Of a DNA stretch of 64,000 nt, positions 37,377 through 47,374 are shown one piece after another. Within the stretch, counting starts at the first letter, position 1. The number at the start of each line of letters is the position of its first letter. The notes beneath the pieces were generated by a model. The model was not told the origin of the DNA. It was given only the letters and a program-made list of their open reading frames with translations, and did no database searches. The stretch lies in the IMG/VR virus record IMGVR_UViG_3300024259_000016, positions 32,001-96,000 of that record; one strand, 5' to 3'. Made by a program: the position numbers and the translations under genes. Origin of the DNA: a virus.

Positions 37377-38120
37377 TCAGTTCTTGATCCAAAAAACAGG
37401 TCCCCCACCTTCGGGGATCGGGATGATCTCTGGGTCCTCTTGCCGTATCTCGAGGTATTCCTCGATGGCCTTACGACAGCCCCGCAATGCGTAGTCGTCG
37501 ATGATGACAATCCCACCAGACTGGACCAAGTCGATGAGGGGCCAACACGCCTTGGTTGACTCATACAGATCTCCATCAAGCCTGAGCAGGGCGATCTGAC
37601 GAATTGGGGGGTGGCCGATTTTATCCCCCGAGTGGATGGCCTCACGTATGGTTTGCTGAAACCACCCCTCGTACAGTGTGAATATCTGGGCAGGCATCCC
37701 CCTGGCCTCGAGGTTTTGATGCACCGCCGCCGCAGAGCATGCGCTGATACCAGAAGTCACAAGGGCGCCATCCTTGCCATGGGAGAACAAGGTGTTGTCA
37801 ATGTTGTCTGTGTCTTCCGGTCCCGCATGAGGGATCCCTTCGAAGCTGTCAAGCAGGTGAAAGTGGTGCTGAGGACTCGGTCCGGCTCCGGCGCCGCGCC
37901 ACATGGCGATGACCTGTCCACCTGCGAACACACCGCACTCCACGATGTCACCAGCAATACGGTGAGCAGCAACATGCCGGGCCAGTGCCCAGGAGGATAA
38001 GAGGGTGGGTCTGGTAGACAGACACAGGGGGCCGACGTTGGAGATGAGCCAGTTCTGTTCCTCCTCAGGAGGCCAGTTGTCAGAGAGGATCGAGGGCAGC
38101 TCTTTTGAATTAGAATTCAT
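37377..38120 (-). CDS. TylF/MycF-family sugar O-methyltransferase
   Basis: GDIVECGVFAGG, LDSFEGIP, GWFQQT, LLRLDGDLYEST, GGIVIIDDY. Confidence 0.9.
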   Translation of the reverse strand: MNSNSKELPSILSDNWPPEEEQNWLISNVGPLCLSTRPTLLSSWALARHVAAHRIAGDIVECGVFAGGQVIAMWRGAGAGPSPQHHFHLLDSFEGIPHAGPEDTDNIDNTLFSHGKDGALVTSGISACSAAAVHQNLEARGMPAQIFTLYEGWFQQTIREAIHSGDKIGHPPIRQIALLRLDGDLYESTKACWPLIDLVQSGGIVIIDDYALRGCRKAIEEYLEIRQEDPEIIPIPEGGGPVFWIKN

Positions 38121-38697
38121 AGTTTGCCTTGAGAAGTTCATCCCCAAAGAGTTCCTCCACACGAAGGATCATCTTCGGTTCAGTGTAATAAGACCGATAC
38201 CCTGGTCGACGGGTGGACCTATTAATATGGGGGAGGGCAGGCATGTCGGTACCAGCCAGCTCACAAAATGCCTTCAGGTCATTGGCGAGGATTTCAAATC
38301 GGAGAATTTTGTCAACGATGCAGGTCCCTTGCACATCCATGAGGAATTCGTGCATGTGCAATGGGCGACTGGTTGTACTCCCTGTTGATTCTGGTTCAGA
38401 CAGCCAATGGGTTGGGCATCCATGGGTGACCCAGGCTTCAAAAGAGAGATGCTGATAGATGTGGGGCGCAATGTTGGCACCCCGGCAAAAGTGGTAGAAA
38501 GAGACCAGTCGGTCGAAGGGGTTACGGATGATCGAGAAGGACAAGCCTTCTCTCCAGGTTTTCTCCCCAACCCTGTCGCGTATGGTCCGTGCTGGGAGAT
38601 GATTGTGAGTTTCATCTACCAGACCTTGAAATGCTTGATAGATGCTTCGTGTCCCGGTCCTGGGGATGGAGACGAAGAACAGTTTTGGAGGACTCAT
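38110..38697 (-). CDS. Sulfotransferase family 2 protein
   Basis: FVSIPRTGTRSI (PAPS 5'-PSB loop), IRNPFDRLVSFY (3'-PB), LRFE, HINRS. Confidence 0.85.
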   Translation of the reverse strand: MSPPKLFFVSIPRTGTRSIYQAFQGLVDETHNHLPARTIRDRVGEKTWREGLSFSIIRNPFDRLVSFYHFCRGANIAPHIYQHLSFEAWVTHGCPTHWLSEPESTGSTTSRPLHMHEFLMDVQGTCIVDKILRFEILANDLKAFCELAGTDMPALPHINRSTRRPGYRSYYTEPKMILRVEELFGDELLKANYEF

Positions 38698-38701
38698 ATT
38701 A

Positions 38702-39415
38702 TCAGATTCCTCTGATGTGCCACTGTCGAATGTCGTCCTGTGGGGTCGGGTAGGTTGAGCCATAGAGGAACGTGTTGGGAGGCAGGGGTTTGAGGCCCAG
38801 ACGCTTGGCGAGTACTGTCATCGCAGGCATGTCATGGCGGTGACCTTGTACTCTCTCGTCGTCGCTGACAAAGCCCTGGGCCTTTCGCCAGGGCCCACAC
38901 ACTACTTCCGGATTCTGCATCATTTCACACATGCCCTTCAGGAAGGCATTCCCTGATGGATGGCTGGGGTTAACCCCCCAGATTCCGCCAGCGACGATAG
39001 GCTCAGCCATAGCCTGTTCTCGAGTCCAACCAAAAACCTTGAGTGCCCGGTCACTCGTCCAGTGCCCCATACAGCCACTCTCCTGGACAAGATAGACTCC
39101 GGTGCGTTCCAGCTCCCTAAAGACGGGCTCCAACGACCTACCTGGCCAGACGGAGGAATCCAGCCAGATGACCCCTGCTGGGGCCACATCTTTGTTTGCT
39201 TGGATAATGGTGGCAGCCTGATCTACGGCATAGGTTTTGAAGGCGTAAGGGAGTTGCTGGTGTGGGGGACAACCTGCGGGGAGAGTGTGTCTCCAGAGCA
39301 TTTTCATGCCTCGGTAGTCCACACGGTCAAGTTCGAGACTCAACCGAGACACACCTGAAGCGTAGTTGCCGTTAACACCAATAGAGATGATGGCTCGATG
39401 ACTGGGGGGAATCAT
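38702..39415 (-). CDS. Putative GT-A glycosyltransferase (DUF1647-like)
   Basis: YAFK, IWLDSS and HRHD motifs. Confidence 0.6.
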   Translation of the reverse strand: MIPPSHRAIISIGVNGNYASGVSRLSLELDRVDYRGMKMLWRHTLPAGCPPHQQLPYAFKTYAVDQAATIIQANKDVAPAGVIWLDSSVWPGRSLEPVFRELERTGVYLVQESGCMGHWTSDRALKVFGWTREQAMAEPIVAGGIWGVNPSHPSGNAFLKGMCEMMQNPEVVCGPWRKAQGFVSDDERVQGHRHDMPAMTVLAKRLGLKPLPPNTFLYGSTYPTPQDDIRQWHIRGI

Positions 39416-39421
39416 TAGTGT

Positions 39422-42400
39422 CTACTCCCTACCAAGGATGGTAGTTCCACGGTGATGGCGAACGATGGCGAGGAACATCTCTACGACAGCCTCCCAGGAC
39501 CACCAACGATAGGCCAGAGCTTTTACGTCTCTGCGCATCTGCTCCTTGAGTTTGTCCATCTCTGGATCCTGTCCGGGGGGCTTGGCCCATGTTTTGGCCA
39601 GGGCCAGAAGTTCGGAAGGCGTCCCCCAACACAAGGCATGCTTTCCGTCGACAATTCCCCAATGCTCTTGTCCCTTGAACCGTTGCAAGGCGATGCATGC
39701 ACTGGCCGCCCCAAGTCTATTGAGGCGGTCCGAACTGTAAGCCGTTAGGTCCGGGGTAATCGAGGCGTTCACACTCAGGGCCGCAAGGTTGTAGACTGCG
39801 GGACAAGCTGCTCGGGGAATTGAGCCGAGTGTTTGGTCTGGTGTCCAACCGCTGCCGAAGATGAAGATGCCCTGCGGGTCGTGATTGAAAAGGGCTTCGA
39901 TGCTGGACGTTCGAAGGTCGTAGTCGTAGGTTCTGGACCCGATGAAAACCGACGACCCTTGGAGTACTTCTTGGCTGACCTTCATCGGGATTCGATCTGG
40001 ATCTGTCTGGTCATCGATCCCGATGTCGTAACCCACCTGGAGGTACCCGGGATGAGGGACTTCGTGCTGGGCAAGCATACGGCAGTAATCGATGTTGCTC
40101 TGGAGGCATAGGTCTGCGGCGCGGCCCGTGTCCAACATCCAACGGGTTGGCCGGGGATACCATTCCTGTCGAACATCCCCATTCCATGTTGCGATGACAG
40201 CTCCTGGGGCGCACAACTTTCTGAGCTGCTGGATGAACTCCGCTGTCCCCAGGAATCCTTCATCGTCCTGAATCTGGTACCAGACCAATGTAGGCCGCAG
40301 CTGTCGTGCAGCCTCGAAGATCGCCTGAGCCCGAACCTTTGGGCCAGCTGCTGCAAGGTCTCCACGAAGCCGAAGAACCTCTACTGTTTTGCCTATACGG
40401 CCGAAGGCCTCACGTAGGCCGATCTGGAGCTCAGCCTCGTGGGCCAGGGGTAGAAGTAGGAGTCGCTCTTCAGGCCCTGCCGGAATAGGAGAACGCCTGG
40501 GCATCTTCCCTGGCTCCGGGACGAGAAGTCGGGGCCACCAATCCCCCGGTGGGGTTGCGTCCAGGCGGGTAACCAGTCTGTCCAAAGAACCATCCCCATG
40601 TTTGGGGCCATACGCTCTGACGTTCTTTCGTCGGAGTCCGTCAGGAACCTGGTGGTCGATAGCCCGGATCTCCCCGGGAAAGTATTGTGCCCGACGTCCA
40701 GCTTTGACCAGTGCAGCTCCCTGCAAGGTGTCACCGGCGTATGTCCTATCGATACGATATTGACTGTCCCCCCAGAAACCTCCGATGAGCGTGGCCACAT
40801 CCTCCAAGGCATTCCGTCTGGTCAAGGCGATATTGGGGTGGGCCGACTCGTTGAGGATCGACCTGAGTGCACCGGTGTGGTGGGGGGCAATCCAGTTGTC
40901 CCCCCCATCCGTTGAAAACTCGAAGCATACCTGGTCCAAACCTGGATCTTGGTCCAGACGATCTACTGCCTTACGTAGGGACCCCGGGACCAACTCCACA
41001 TCGTCATTGGCTTGGAATACGTACTGCCCACAGCTTGCCTCGTAGGCGAGATTGAAGGCATCAATAGCCCCGGTCAATCCGCCGTGGACCACCCTGCAAT
41101 CAGGTTGTTCTTTGAGCCATTCCAGAGTCCCATCTGTACTGCCTCCGTCACTCAGGATGAACTCAAATGGGCATGGGTCCATAACCTTGAAGTCTGCCCG
41201 GATGCTCCGTACCATACGCTTGAGGCTCTCCAGCCTGTTATATGTCCCGGAGATGACGGAGATCCGGACAGGTCCTGGCTGGGTCGGTCCTTTGAAGATG
41301 AAGGGGAGGTGGGCCTGAGGGACACGTCCATCACCATCGAGAAAACCTGTGTACTCTTGCCGTCTCCTGAGTTGATCACGCTCCGTCAGAAGCTTACGCA
41401 TCAATTCTGAATCTTCTGGGCTGCGACTCGGAACCTGATTTACCACAACAGGGATAGTTGCAGATCCTTCGGGGGCCGAAGGGGGGGGAACATGGTGGTG
41501 CGCTGGGCTCCCCCGGTGGGCTGCTATTCGAAGCGCCTCACCAAGACACTCCCGCCAGTTCGACATGACATGGTGCCAGGTCCATTTATTACGGATGGCT
41601 GCCGCGGCCCGGTCCGCCATGTCCTGCAGCTCTTGACGCGGCCTGCGCCTGAGGTCCTCGATGACCGCACACAGATGGTCGACGGTCCGTTCAGGGAGCA
41701 AACGGCCGAAGTCCTCATTGATGGCCAGCTGGGCTGAGCCCACCTTGGTGGAGGTAGGGATGCAACCGCAGGACATACCCTCGAAGATCGGGAAGGGGCC
41801 CCCTCCCTCTCCCTTGGACATACAGACGATGACCCCGATCTGGTTGTAGAACTCGGGCATCTTGTAATGAGGCCAGGCTTGTTGTCCAGGCTGGGCGGTT
41901 GAGCTGTCGAGGATTGCGTGGGGGACCTTACAACGTTCGACTGCCTCCCGAAACATCCCTAGTCCCTTGTAGTCCTCCATGCCACCGACGGCTGGATTCA
42001 TCCGTTGGCTGTTGCCCGTCCACCCGAAGACCAGGTCCCCTTTTGGTAGGGGGGTCTGGGCAAACAGGTCCGGATTGACACCGTTTGGAGTCACGATGAT
42101 TGGGGGGAGGGCCTGCCCCTTGGCGAGCCTGACGATGTCATCCCGGACCATCTCGTTCCCGACTGCCAGGATGTCTGTGCAGCGCAACGTAGCCAAGAAC
42201 TTGGGGCTGAGTCTCCCATTCGGGCCAAGGAAACTCATATGGTCGTCCACGCAAGACACCACGGCACCGGGTCGCATAACCGATTTGAGCCTGGGGGTAT
42301 CGAAGTGCCACAACGAGATCAGGACGCTGTCTGGTTCCACCCTCTTGTCCATGTCTCGGCCGAGACAGATGTTCACTCCATCCACCATGTCCTGAAAGCC

Positions 42401-42469
42401 CCTGCACATCTCCCGGGCCTTGGCATGGAATACAGAATCAGGCAGATCGATGGTGAGGTAGGCTTTCAT
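39422..42469 (-). CDS. 1015-aa three-domain glycosyltransferase (GT4-like + GT2 + CgeB/GT4-like)
   Basis: TPNGVNP, KG, SKGEGGGPFPIFEGMSCG; ISVISGTYNR, SDGGSTDGT, NDD; YSSDRL, WSWEAVV. Confidence 0.88.
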   Translation of the reverse strand: MKAYLTIDLPDSVFHAKAREMCRGFQDMVDGVNICLGRDMDKRVEPDSVLISLWHFDTPRLKSVMRPGAVVSCVDDHMSFLGPNGRLSPKFLATLRCTDILAVGNEMVRDDIVRLAKGQALPPIIVTPNGVNPDLFAQTPLPKGDLVFGWTGNSQRMNPAVGGMEDYKGLGMFREAVERCKVPHAILDSSTAQPGQQAWPHYKMPEFYNQIGVIVCMSKGEGGGPFPIFEGMSCGCIPTSTKVGSAQLAINEDFGRLLPERTVDHLCAVIEDLRRRPRQELQDMADRAAAAIRNKWTWHHVMSNWRECLGEALRIAAHRGSPAHHHVPPPSAPEGSATIPVVVNQVPSRSPEDSELMRKLLTERDQLRRRQEYTGFLDGDGRVPQAHLPFIFKGPTQPGPVRISVISGTYNRLESLKRMVRSIRADFKVMDPCPFEFILSDGGSTDGTLEWLKEQPDCRVVHGGLTGAIDAFNLAYEASCGQYVFQANDDVELVPGSLRKAVDRLDQDPGLDQVCFEFSTDGGDNWIAPHHTGALRSILNESAHPNIALTRRNALEDVATLIGGFWGDSQYRIDRTYAGDTLQGAALVKAGRRAQYFPGEIRAIDHQVPDGLRRKNVRAYGPKHGDGSLDRLVTRLDATPPGDWWPRLLVPEPGKMPRRSPIPAGPEERLLLLPLAHEAELQIGLREAFGRIGKTVEVLRLRGDLAAAGPKVRAQAIFEAARQLRPTLVWYQIQDDEGFLGTAEFIQQLRKLCAPGAVIATWNGDVRQEWYPRPTRWMLDTGRAADLCLQSNIDYCRMLAQHEVPHPGYLQVGYDIGIDDQTDPDRIPMKVSQEVLQGSSVFIGSRTYDYDLRTSSIEALFNHDPQGIFIFGSGWTPDQTLGSIPRAACPAVYNLAALSVNASITPDLTAYSSDRLNRLGAASACIALQRFKGQEHWGIVDGKHALCWGTPSELLALAKTWAKPPGQDPEMDKLKEQMRRDVKALAYRWWSWEAVVEMFLAIVRHHRGTTILGRE

Positions 42470-42530
42470 TATAGGATGCTCCGGAACTCTGAGGGGGGAT
42501 TAAACTGAGGGAGTGTTCGGGTGCTGAAGT

Positions 42531-42893
42531 TTACGGAGCGGGAGTGGCTGTGAAGTTGGCCACACCGTGTGCACCACCGGCCGAGTCGTACTGGATGAGG
42601 ATCATGTCGCCGTTGTGCTGATCCTGGATCTGGAACTCGTCGACCTGCAGGCCCTCGGTGGCGGAAAACTTCATGTAGGGACCCTCGCCGTAGTACTCGC
42701 CCGGCCCGGCAACCGCGGCGTGAGAGCCGAGGTTCAGGGTGTCGGTGTCGATGATCGCCAGGATCGCATTGACCGCGGTGCGGATGGTGTTGAAGCGACT
42801 GACCAACGAACCAGGGTAACGGCCGGTGAAGATCAGCGCCCCCTTGTTGAAGGCGTTGTTTGCAAGCAGGGGAAGCGGGGTAATGGCGCCCAT
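42531..42893 (-). CDS. Small protein, probably a highly expressed virion component, heading the glycosylation operon
   Basis: AAAGGAG RBS preceded by a hairpin; codon bias like the capsid gene. Confidence 0.7.
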   Translation of the reverse strand: MGAITPLPLLANNAFNKGALIFTGRYPGSLVSRFNTIRTAVNAILAIIDTDTLNLGSHAAVAGPGEYYGEGPYMKFSATEGLQVDEFQIQDQHNGDMILIQYDSAGGAHGVANFTATPAP

Positions 42894-43013
42894 GATGTAG
42901 GTTCTCCTTTATCAGGACAGTCGGCCGGAGCCGGTCCTGACTCGATGACCGTCCTACCCTAAGCCGGAGCCGGGCAGGTACGGCGAGATGGGGTTTGACT
43001 TCTCGCATTGAGC

Positions 43014-43298
43014 CTACTTCACCCGGACATCGATGGTCAATAAGGACGGCAGACTTTTGAGTTCATCGGGGATGGTTGTACCCCCCAATATGAGCAGGCC
43101 CGGACTCGAGGCCTCCTGGGTTTGGTAACGGGCCTGGAGGGTACAGAGCCTCTTGTGCTCAGTGACAACCTGAGTAAAGGCGCGCTTCATACTCATGCCC
43201 GTTCTGGAGCCGGTGGACATCTCGATGATCTCGAGGAGTATCTCACGAGCGCCTGGCTCAACCTCGATGGTACAACCTCGTTTACGCTTGTGTGCCAT
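43014..43298 (-). CDS. Small RHH-like regulator divergent from the portal gene
   Basis: Basic N-terminus plus strand-helix-helix; promoter TTGACT-N17-TACCGT at 43311-43339. Confidence 0.55.
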   Translation of the reverse strand: MAHKRKRGCTIEVEPGAREILLEIIEMSTGSRTGMSMKRAFTQVVTEHKRLCTLQARYQTQEASSPGLLILGGTTIPDELKSLPSLLTIDVRVK

Positions 43299-43378
43299 AA
43301 CTGGGCTTGAACGGTAGCAAGCAAGTCGGTGAGAGTCAACAGAGTTTGCGGGGGTACTGACGATTCTGTGACACGGGG

Positions 43379-43407
43379 TTGCCGGGGGGGATTTGTGGTG
43401 GTAACGT
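43379..43407 (+). promoter_or_regulatory. Promoter TTGCCG-N17-TAACGT for the portal gene
   Basis: ATG 8 nt downstream, no RBS. Confidence 0.55.
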
Positions 43408-43415
43408 GGCTGGTC

Positions 43416-45326
43416 ATGAGGGATCTCAAAGACCGAATCAGTACGGCACGTGGGGGCAAGCAGGCGGTGTCCCCAGATGGTGCAACAGGGATGCCCAGCG
43501 GGACCCGAGAGGTTAGTGCCGGGGATATGGATGCCGGGGTCGCGGAGGAGTCTGGGCCCCCCGTCAACATCCAGCGGGTAGGAATGCAGACTTCAGCAAT
43601 GGAACCTGCTGAGACTGCAGAGCCGGCGGAATGGTATGGCTCCTACGCTGACGGACGCCGCTACATCTCCCCCATCCAGTCCGACACTGATGCCGATCTG
43701 CTCATCCGGAACTCCTGGGTAATTTCCGGTGTGATCTCGGCCTACCTGGACAATGTGTATGGGCGGCGCCCCTATGCAGTGCCCAAGGCTGACCCGATGA
43801 CCCCGGAGGGTAAGCAGACCATTCGGCAGTGGATGCGGATGCAACGAGTCAAGGCCGGGAGCACCGATAAGTCCTGGCTCGACATCAAGGATTCTGCCCT
43901 CGACAAGGTGTGTAGGCAGATCGATGCACGAGTAGAGCTGGAGTCTGCCCTGGTCGACGGGTTTTTTGCGACTTGTCAGGTGGACCTCCCATACGATCAG
44001 ATGGCCTCCTTGGCCGGCTACGATCTCGAGGTGAGAGGGCGTACCTTCTTGGAAGTCCTGCGGGATGCTCCTGGTGGCAAGCCTGTTGGGATGGTGTGGT
44101 CCCCTGCCCGTTTCATCAGAGTTGAGCCCCCAAGCCCTGCGGTCGGGTTCTCTGATCTGATGGTCCACAACCCATTGGTTTACGAGAAGAACTTCAGGTT
44201 TCGTAGGTTCGTAGGGTGCTTCCAGTCTGCAAGCGCCAATGCTGTGAGTCCGGTGGCCTTCTTTAAGGACTTTGGTGACCCGCGGGTGCGTAGTCGCAGT
44301 GATGGACGATACTACGAGACCATGGACCAGCTGCTTGCCCGAGAAATGGGGGAGGAAGTTGGGGGGTACGGGGGAAACAAGCAGCGCCGCTGGCCTGTCG
44401 GGACACCATCCACTGAGATCGTCCGGATGGTGCATACGGCGCCCTGGGCTGCCCTGACGGGGATGGCCCCTTGGTACTCCACCAAGACAGAGCTCCTCGG
44501 GATCCGAGAGTGCGCCCAGGAGAATCGGGGCTTGCTGTCGGGCCAGTTGGTCCCTCTGCTCCTCTGGATGATCCACGGGGGGCAGCGCATCACCCCGGAC
44601 CAGACAGAGCTGTGGCAAAAGGATTTGCAGGCTGCTGTCAAGCCTGGCGAACGTTCGGTCGTCATCATGCAGGTCATGTCCGACGCAATGGCTCGAGCAG
44701 GCAGTCGGGGGGCTGGGGAGCCCAAATCATCCATTGTCAACACCCGGCCGGCTCAGCAGGAAGATGCCCTGGCCATGAAGTACACCGAGCAGAGCTACCG
44801 GACTGCTCTTCGGGCCTACCGGATGAACCGGGCAGCCCTCGGGGATTTCGAGGGGATGACCCAGCAGGAAATCCAGGAGGCCCTTCGGTATACTGAAACG
44901 CAGGTCTATGGTCCTCGTGGTGAGTCCTGGTGTGCCGGATTGCAACCTATTGTGGATGACCTGGGTTTGTTGGCTACTCGACTCGAGCGGCCAACCCGGG
45001 CTTCTCTGGCCTTGGGGGAGTTGTCTGAGATCCTCGAGCGGTTGGGGAAAGAGAACTTTATTACCCCTGAACAGGCCTGGCCTACGGTACGCCGAGCCAT
45101 GAAGGATCTGGGGAGGATTGTCCAGGACAAGGGGCAGTGGAGTAAGTATCCCCGGCGGGTTGTTGACGGATTCATGATGGCTCGTGTCCCGCAGGCCGCG
45201 GGTAAGTTCATGGGTTTGGATGCCAAGTACATGCCTCCTATTGAGGCCACCGACAAGATGGACGGGAACAATAAGGGTCCGGTTGTACCGGCTCCGGCAC
45301 CTGTGGAGGACCCCGAAGATGAGTAA
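43416..45326 (+). CDS. Portal protein (PBSX/HK97-like)
   Basis: DLEVRGRTFLEVLRD, FKDFGDPR, GMAPWYS, AYRMNRAALG, ITPEQAW; position before protease and capsid. Confidence 0.85.
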   Translation: MRDLKDRISTARGGKQAVSPDGATGMPSGTREVSAGDMDAGVAEESGPPVNIQRVGMQTSAMEPAETAEPAEWYGSYADGRRYISPIQSDTDADLLIRNSWVISGVISAYLDNVYGRRPYAVPKADPMTPEGKQTIRQWMRMQRVKAGSTDKSWLDIKDSALDKVCRQIDARVELESALVDGFFATCQVDLPYDQMASLAGYDLEVRGRTFLEVLRDAPGGKPVGMVWSPARFIRVEPPSPAVGFSDLMVHNPLVYEKNFRFRRFVGCFQSASANAVSPVAFFKDFGDPRVRSRSDGRYYETMDQLLAREMGEEVGGYGGNKQRRWPVGTPSTEIVRMVHTAPWAALTGMAPWYSTKTELLGIRECAQENRGLLSGQLVPLLLWMIHGGQRITPDQTELWQKDLQAAVKPGERSVVIMQVMSDAMARAGSRGAGEPKSSIVNTRPAQQEDALAMKYTEQSYRTALRAYRMNRAALGDFEGMTQQEIQEALRYTETQVYGPRGESWCAGLQPIVDDLGLLATRLERPTRASLALGELSEILERLGKENFITPEQAWPTVRRAMKDLGRIVQDKGQWSKYPRRVVDGFMMARVPQAAGKFMGLDAKYMPPIEATDKMDGNNKGPVVPAPAPVEDPEDE

Positions 45327-45888
45327 ACTTTCCAAGATGGAGCAGGGCAAGCGGCTTCTTACCTCCATGCACGGACAACGGCAGATGTATGAAGCCCGAG
45401 AGCGGGAAATGCTCCGGCGGGCTGTCATTGATATTGGAGTCCCCCCAGTCGTTCGTGAACTAGTGGCCTGCAATGCCGACAAGGGTCCTCTGATCATGAC
45501 GACGATTGCGAAAACTGTCCGTCGGGCCATGGAAGACCCCAGGACACGGCCCCTGTTTCCAACCGATGCAGCTTTCAAGGATCGTCTGGAGATCGTGTAC
45601 GACTGTCTAACCCGTATTTGCGGGGACGGACATGCCCCAATCAAGCTCGCTGCGGACCGTCTATGGGACATGGTTCTGGCACGGATGGCGGGAGGTGGGC
45701 ACCCAGACGACATCGCTGAGCAGCAGGTCACCACGAAGGGGGGGGCAGACATCACAGGAGATGAAGTCACCGACGGTACGTTGGCTCGGGCTTGGGGGAA
45801 GAGTGAAGGGGAGGGGGTAGGTATCGCCCGACTGGGGGCCAAGGACATGGTTGACTTTCGTGACCAGCCGTCTGGACAGGAGGAGTAG
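45319..45888 (+). CDS. Hypothetical protein
   Basis: GGAGG RBS, overlaps the portal stop. Confidence 0.7.
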   Translation: MSKLSKMEQGKRLLTSMHGQRQMYEAREREMLRRAVIDIGVPPVVRELVACNADKGPLIMTTIAKTVRRAMEDPRTRPLFPTDAAFKDRLEIVYDCLTRICGDGHAPIKLAADRLWDMVLARMAGGGHPDDIAEQQVTTKGGADITGDEVTDGTLARAWGKSEGEGVGIARLGAKDMVDFRDQPSGQEE

Positions 45889-47277
45889 ATGCCGCTGTTT
45901 CCGAAAGCTGAAGCTGTAGATCCCTATGAGGACCGAGAGGACGTAATCTGTCGGGCAGCCTGGGTTGTAGCCGAGGCCATCAGCGAAGGCCTTCGTGAGG
46001 GGCCCGGTCGGGACCCTTCTGGCTGGGCTGCGTCCAACCGGGACAGGATTCTTGGGGCGTATCGCGAACTTCATGCCATGTTTGGTCGGGCCTCCAATCT
46101 CGCCGACCGAGTGATTGCAGCGGAGAAGGCCTTCGTTATGGCTTTGGACCTTCTCAAGGTCAAGACTCGCTACAACGACAAGTTGTCCGAGGCCGCGGGG
46201 ATCGGGGTTGCAGAGGGATGGGGGGACGACCTTGCCCCGAATGAGGCTGCACAGGCGTGCATAGAGGCGCGCGCCCTGGCCCCAGACTGCATCATGATCA
46301 GTCCAGGGGACCTGGAACTGGCTGCCCGCATTGGCTCTGAAGGAGGCCAGCCTGAGCCGGTTCAGGTCCATACGACAACCGCAGCCTCCGGGATCGTAGG
46401 GACCTCCATGCTTCAGGCCTTGCTCCCGCCCGGGCTGGTGAGTCCTGTCCCCCTGCTACCTGGAGCGGGAGATGTACGGGGCATTGAGGACATCCCCTCG
46501 ATGGTTGCTGGCCTACCTGTCTACGACCTAGCCCTGGTGCGCGAGGGGCTGCTGCAGCAGTCCGGAATCGGGTCTTGGGATGTTCAAAGGTATCGGGCGG
46601 GCAAGGCTGTTCCACAGGTTTCCTTTCTGAACTACAAGCCCGGGCAGACGGTGGCCGGCGCCAAAGAGGCGGGGCTGCAGCCGGTGGAGTTCACGGTCCC
46701 GTTCGAGGTGGTGGGTTGTGGGGCTGGTGCCCTGGCGACAGATGCTGAAAGTCGTGCCCGGGTGGAGCAAGTCCTGCAACGGTTCTCTGGGATGAAGAAG
46801 GCCGGGGACAAGCACGATCCTCGGGGGACCATCCCCTTCGACATGGACGGGGACTTCCCCCTCCACCAGATCGTGACCGGTGAGGTCCTCAAGCCGGACA
46901 CCCCTGATCGGAGCACTTCGTATGATGAGGTGACCGGGGAGAAGCTGTCCGACCATGACATCTACGATGACCCGACGATTCTGTTGTCGATGTTCTGGTG
47001 GATGGCCAACGCCAAGAGCCGTGTGACCTTTCTGCACACCGAGGATGGTGGCAAGGATGTCTCGGTGGATGTTCCTGTTCTGGCATGTTGGCAGCAGAGT
47101 CCCGATCGGACTTATGTTCGGGACGACAAGTCGGAGAAGATTGTCAAAGCGGGCACCTGGATGCTCACTGTCTGGGTCAAGTCCAAGCCTATCTGGAAGC
47201 TGATCCTGGACAAGAAGATCAAGGGTTTCTCGATCGGCTACATCGCCATGGGGCGCATCGAACAAGCAGCTGCCTGA
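45889..47277 (+). CDS. XkdF-like prohead protease with a long N-terminal extension
   Basis: QIVTGEVLKPDTPD, FLH, VKAGTWML, IWKLI..KKIKGFSIG. Confidence 0.8.
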   Translation: MPLFPKAEAVDPYEDREDVICRAAWVVAEAISEGLREGPGRDPSGWAASNRDRILGAYRELHAMFGRASNLADRVIAAEKAFVMALDLLKVKTRYNDKLSEAAGIGVAEGWGDDLAPNEAAQACIEARALAPDCIMISPGDLELAARIGSEGGQPEPVQVHTTTAASGIVGTSMLQALLPPGLVSPVPLLPGAGDVRGIEDIPSMVAGLPVYDLALVREGLLQQSGIGSWDVQRYRAGKAVPQVSFLNYKPGQTVAGAKEAGLQPVEFTVPFEVVGCGAGALATDAESRARVEQVLQRFSGMKKAGDKHDPRGTIPFDMDGDFPLHQIVTGEVLKPDTPDRSTSYDEVTGEKLSDHDIYDDPTILLSMFWWMANAKSRVTFLHTEDGGKDVSVDVPVLACWQQSPDRTYVRDDKSEKIVKAGTWMLTVWVKSKPIWKLILDKKIKGFSIGYIAMGRIEQAAA

Positions 47278-47374
47278 TCTGCTGGACTGAGCCAGTCTGA
47301 CGCATCTGTGCCAGATTGTGCCAGATGGGGGTTGCCAAGTGTAGGGTGATGGGGCATTCTGCGGATCAAAGCCT

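Noticed and set aside
35819-42469. Host LPS/capsule locus or Gtr seroconversion cassette
   Set aside because: No flippase, polymerase, nucleotide-sugar synthesis or membrane glycosyltransferase genes, and it is flanked by phage genes on both sides
42469-43008. 179-aa ORF abutting the glycosyltransferase
   Set aside because: Arg/His/Pro-rich off-frame reading of 42531-42893, which has the RBS and codon bias
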